A model generated the notes under the pieces. The model searched no databases and was not told the origin of the DNA. It worked only from the letters and a program-made list of their open reading frames with translations. A DNA stretch of 64,000 nucleotides, taken from NCBI GenBank assembly GCA_012295275.1, contig CM022675.1:7874001-7938000 (forward strand), read 5' to 3'. The position numbers and the translations under genes were made by a program. This document shows positions 60,603-64,000 of the stretch, piece after piece. Numbering within the stretch: position 1 is the first letter of the stretch; each line of letters begins with the position of its first letter. This DNA comes from Chrysomallon squamiferum (taxonomy: Eukaryota; Animalia; Mollusca).

Positions 60603-61514
60603 ATGAACGTGACTGAGGTGAGCGCCTTTTCTCGATGTATCAACTGCGGATGCAAATGTTTGACGTCTGCGACGTTCATCAAGAGAAAAACCAAAACAGG
60701 TTCGGCATTTCCCGTTCACCAATCGACGGCCGTGAAAGAGAAAAACCCTTACACGTTGAGGCCGGAGAATCGCGAGATCTCGTTTAACGTGACTCGCCGA
60801 GATTTCATACAGACCTCGCTCGTGGACTACTCCATCAGCGACGAAGACAGCGAGGAAGACAGCTGCAGCCACGTCGCGAGGCGGACGTCGGAGAAACACA
60901 AACAGCAGACGATTCTGAAAATGCAGCAGCAGACGAAGACGTCGTTCGACAGGGACGACTGCCTGCGACGCAGTCTGCTTCAGACGAGATTTCTGAAAGA
61001 CGTCGAATCCAGAGCTGCTGCTGCTGCTGCTACCACAACCGCCGCTGCTGCTGCTACCACAACCGCTGCTGTTGCTGCTAACCGCCACCACAACAACAAC
61101 AACACACGTCCAGCTGTCGTGAACGAAGACGTTGAAGAAACCAGACACAAGACGGAGCTGAAGAAGACGCTGAACCGCGTTTGGAAAAGGACCAGGAACA
61201 AAATCGACGACGGCGACAACTTCCTCGACGACACCCCGAGGAAGCGGCTGAGGTTCACGTCCTGCATCTTCCCCAAGTTCAATCCTAAAAAGATGATCTT
61301 GTCCAGACTGCAGAAGATGAAATCTCGGCGCGCGGCTTCGTCGAAGAAAGTCATCAACGGCAAGAGCGACGACACGTCGGTGACGTGGTCGCTGACGAAG
61401 ACGGTGGGCGACTTCGCCAAGTGCACCGACCTGGCTGCTGCAGCAACGCGCGCAACGTCGCCTTCGCCGTTCAAGACGTTTGTAAAAGACGGGGTGAAGT
61501 ACACGCGATGCTAG
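60603..61514 (+). CDS. Intronless protein of unknown function, 303 aa, basic and partly low-complexity
   Basis: Long non-repetitive ORF with strongly C/G-ending codons against an AT-rich background. First ATG at 60603 (ATCATGA), TAG at 61512-61514, AATAAA at 61791. No family recognised. Confidence 0.75.
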   Translation: MNVTEVSAFSRCINCGCKCLTSATFIKRKTKTGSAFPVHQSTAVKEKNPYTLRPENREISFNVTRRDFIQTSLVDYSISDEDSEEDSCSHVARRTSEKHKQQTILKMQQQTKTSFDRDDCLRRSLLQTRFLKDVESRAAAAAATTTAAAAATTTAAVAANRHHNNNNTRPAVVNEDVEETRHKTELKKTLNRVWKRTRNKIDDGDNFLDDTPRKRLRFTSCIFPKFNPKKMILSRLQKMKSRRAASSKKVINGKSDDTSVTWSLTKTVGDFAKCTDLAAAATRATSPSPFKTFVKDGVKYTRC

Positions 61515-61601
61515 ACAGAACTGGATCTGAAAGTGTTGCTTGGAAAAAAGCAAAATGAAATTTAGTGCAAGCATGTCAATATTGCTATTATTGTTGTTGT
61601 A

Positions 61602-61637
<36 letters not shown>

Positions 61638-62125
61638 TTATTATTATTATTATTATTTTATTATTATTTTATTATTATTATTATTATTATTACTACTACT
61701 ATTATTATTATTATTATTTTTTTTTTTTTATTCTGATGCTCCCGTAATGTACAGTTAATATTTATGTAATGCAACAATATTATTGTAAATAATAAATTAT
61801 TATTTCTGAAAGTGAAAGCTTGTTTTGTATTTTGTTTTTTAAAATATTACTTTTACGAATTTTAATATCTTCTTATTTGCCATTTTCTTTCTTATAGTAC
61901 GTCTTCCTCATCATCGTTTTTCATTGTCACCAAAAGGAGAATTACGACAACAACTTATACGACTACCAGCAGTAGTGATAAGTTTAAAAGTAGTAAAAAT
62001 TTACGATTCTGTAACGACGAAACGAAATCCACAAAAAATAAAATAGAATAAGAACTGAAAATACTGTCACATGCAAAAATAGTAGCAGCAACATTAATAA
62101 CAGTAACAACAACAACAACAACGAA

Positions 62126-62187
<62 letters not shown>

Positions 62188-63055
62188 CAATAATAAATTA
62201 AAACCATTATAAATAAGTAAGTAAGTAAGTTAATAAATAAATAAACAAAAATAGAAATAAAAATATCACCGCTAAATCCAAGAATAACAATCCGTGAAAG
62301 CTAAACAATTAGATTTTCCTCATAGAGTTGTCTCCCTTAATATTTATTTGAAAGAGTAGTATGTATTATATTCTTAGTTATTGTTATTATTCATTGCCTT
62401 AAAAAAAGAAAAAAAAAAAAAAAAAAAAAATCAAATAAAAGAATCACAATAAAATAAATAAGACAAATTTACTCTGTGTTTACTCCATAAGCGTTCAGAT
62501 TGATATCAAATAACGCAAATGACAAAATCCTAAATACACAGCGACAGAGAAGGTTACCGAAGTACACACATTCATGTATCATATATACAAAACACTATTG
62601 TTTGCTGTTTGTATTCTCTCTTTCTTTCTACGGTAATGTTCGCAGGAGAAAGCTAAACAGCTTTAAGCTGTATTTTTCAGTCGACGTTTCAGATAAATAA
62701 TTTTGTAACATCTCACAGTATGATTTAAATGACTAAAGATGTTAATAAAGTAATAAATCTTTCACATGTTTCTGAACGGATAGTAATTAATTTCTGATTT
62801 CTTTGACCCTCTTTCAAAGAGAAAATTAAAAGTTTTGACATCTGTCAGATAGTTATTTAAGACTAAATATGTTTTTTTTTTGTTTTTTTTTGTTTTGTTT
62901 GTTTTTCTTTACGTTGGTTTCGTCTGGAGAGTAGACAAGAGATTGTGTTAAGAAAATCGGACAAAGTGATTCTGTGAGATGGATGAAATTCGCAATGATA
63001 GGTTGTGTTGATAGTAAGATGAACTGAACGTGTAAATTAAAGAGAGTGAGTGAGT

Positions 63056-63132
<77 letters not shown>

Positions 63133-63220
63133 TGTGTGTGAGAGAGTGTGAGACAGAAATATACTTCACGTTGCTTTTGTTGTTCTTCATCTACTTCTTA
63201 TTATTAGTATTATATATATA

Positions 63221-63259
<39 letters not shown>

Positions 63260-63281
63260 ATTATTATTATCATCATCATCA

Positions 63282-63343
<62 letters not shown>

Positions 63344-63825
63344 TATACTATAGGAATTCTTCGCCTATTTTATTTTTTCCTTCAAGATGACCTGAACAAT
63401 ACTATCACTTTTATTACTCTGGCTAGAATTAGTGAATGCGATCGATCACTGCAATAAATAAATCCAGTACAGGAAAGAATAATTCAATTCAAAACCGTAT
63501 TGCGTGAAATTAATTTTTAATTTTTAATGTTTAATTTATTTTAATTTAATTTAATATTATTTTATTTATAAAAGCAAAAGAAAAATACTGAATCCCGACC
63601 ATTTTTCTTTAGAGTTGTATGTTTCAATGTTTCTGTCAGATTCCCTGGGTGTGACTGTGTTTTTATTTGTCAATGTGTCAGTGCATGTGTCTGTGTCTTT
63701 ATATCTTTTCTTATTTATTTGTTTTAATACTTGTGAGTGCTTTTGTGGGAGCGAAATTTATTGCATATAATTTTGTCGCAAAGAGAAATGGCTTTTTTTC
63801 TAATGAAAAACAAATACAAACCCAA

Positions 63826-63866
<41 letters not shown>

Positions 63867-64000
63867 ATAAATGAACAAAACGCTGATATATATTTTAGTA
63901 GGTGTTTTATTAGACAAACTGACAAATTTCAGTGCTCACAAAAAACAGAAATATTCAGTACATAATAATGTATTTTCGTCTGCAAGTTATATTGTTGTTC

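Noticed and set aside
60573-61574. 333-aa and 174-aa minus-strand ORFs overlapping the orphan gene
   Set aside because: Antisense shadow ORFs expected from the GC3-rich plus-strand coding sequence. They have non-ATG starts or no supporting signals, while promoter and polyA signals favour the plus strand.

Overview
AT-rich, microsatellite-dense animal genomic DNA. It is intron-containing and looks lophotrochozoan/mollusc-like (inference only). Almost all ORFs in the supplied track are translations of simple repeats. Manual splice reconstruction gives three real components. (1) A minus-strand Ly6/uPAR three-finger, quiver/sleepless-like gene of 149 aa, whose signal-peptide exon (33276-33360) lies ~32 kb from its LU-domain exons (1096-1236, 277-500). 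(2) A minus-strand tandem cluster of Golgi carbohydrate 6-O-sulfotransferase (CHST1/3/4/5/6-like) paralogs at ~38957-56300. It holds two apparently intact copies (A and B, 405 aa each as modelled), one copy (C) with a single-base frameshift and no clean N-terminal exon, and a decayed fourth copy. (3) A divergent, intronless, GC-rich plus-strand gene of unknown function (60603-61514, 303 aa) with a multi-CCAAT promoter. Also present are several minisatellites, local duplications, a SINE-like fragment and a strong excess of TGACGTCA palindromes. No rRNA, intact tRNA or CRISPR array was seen. All gene models are by eye and lack transcript evidence.
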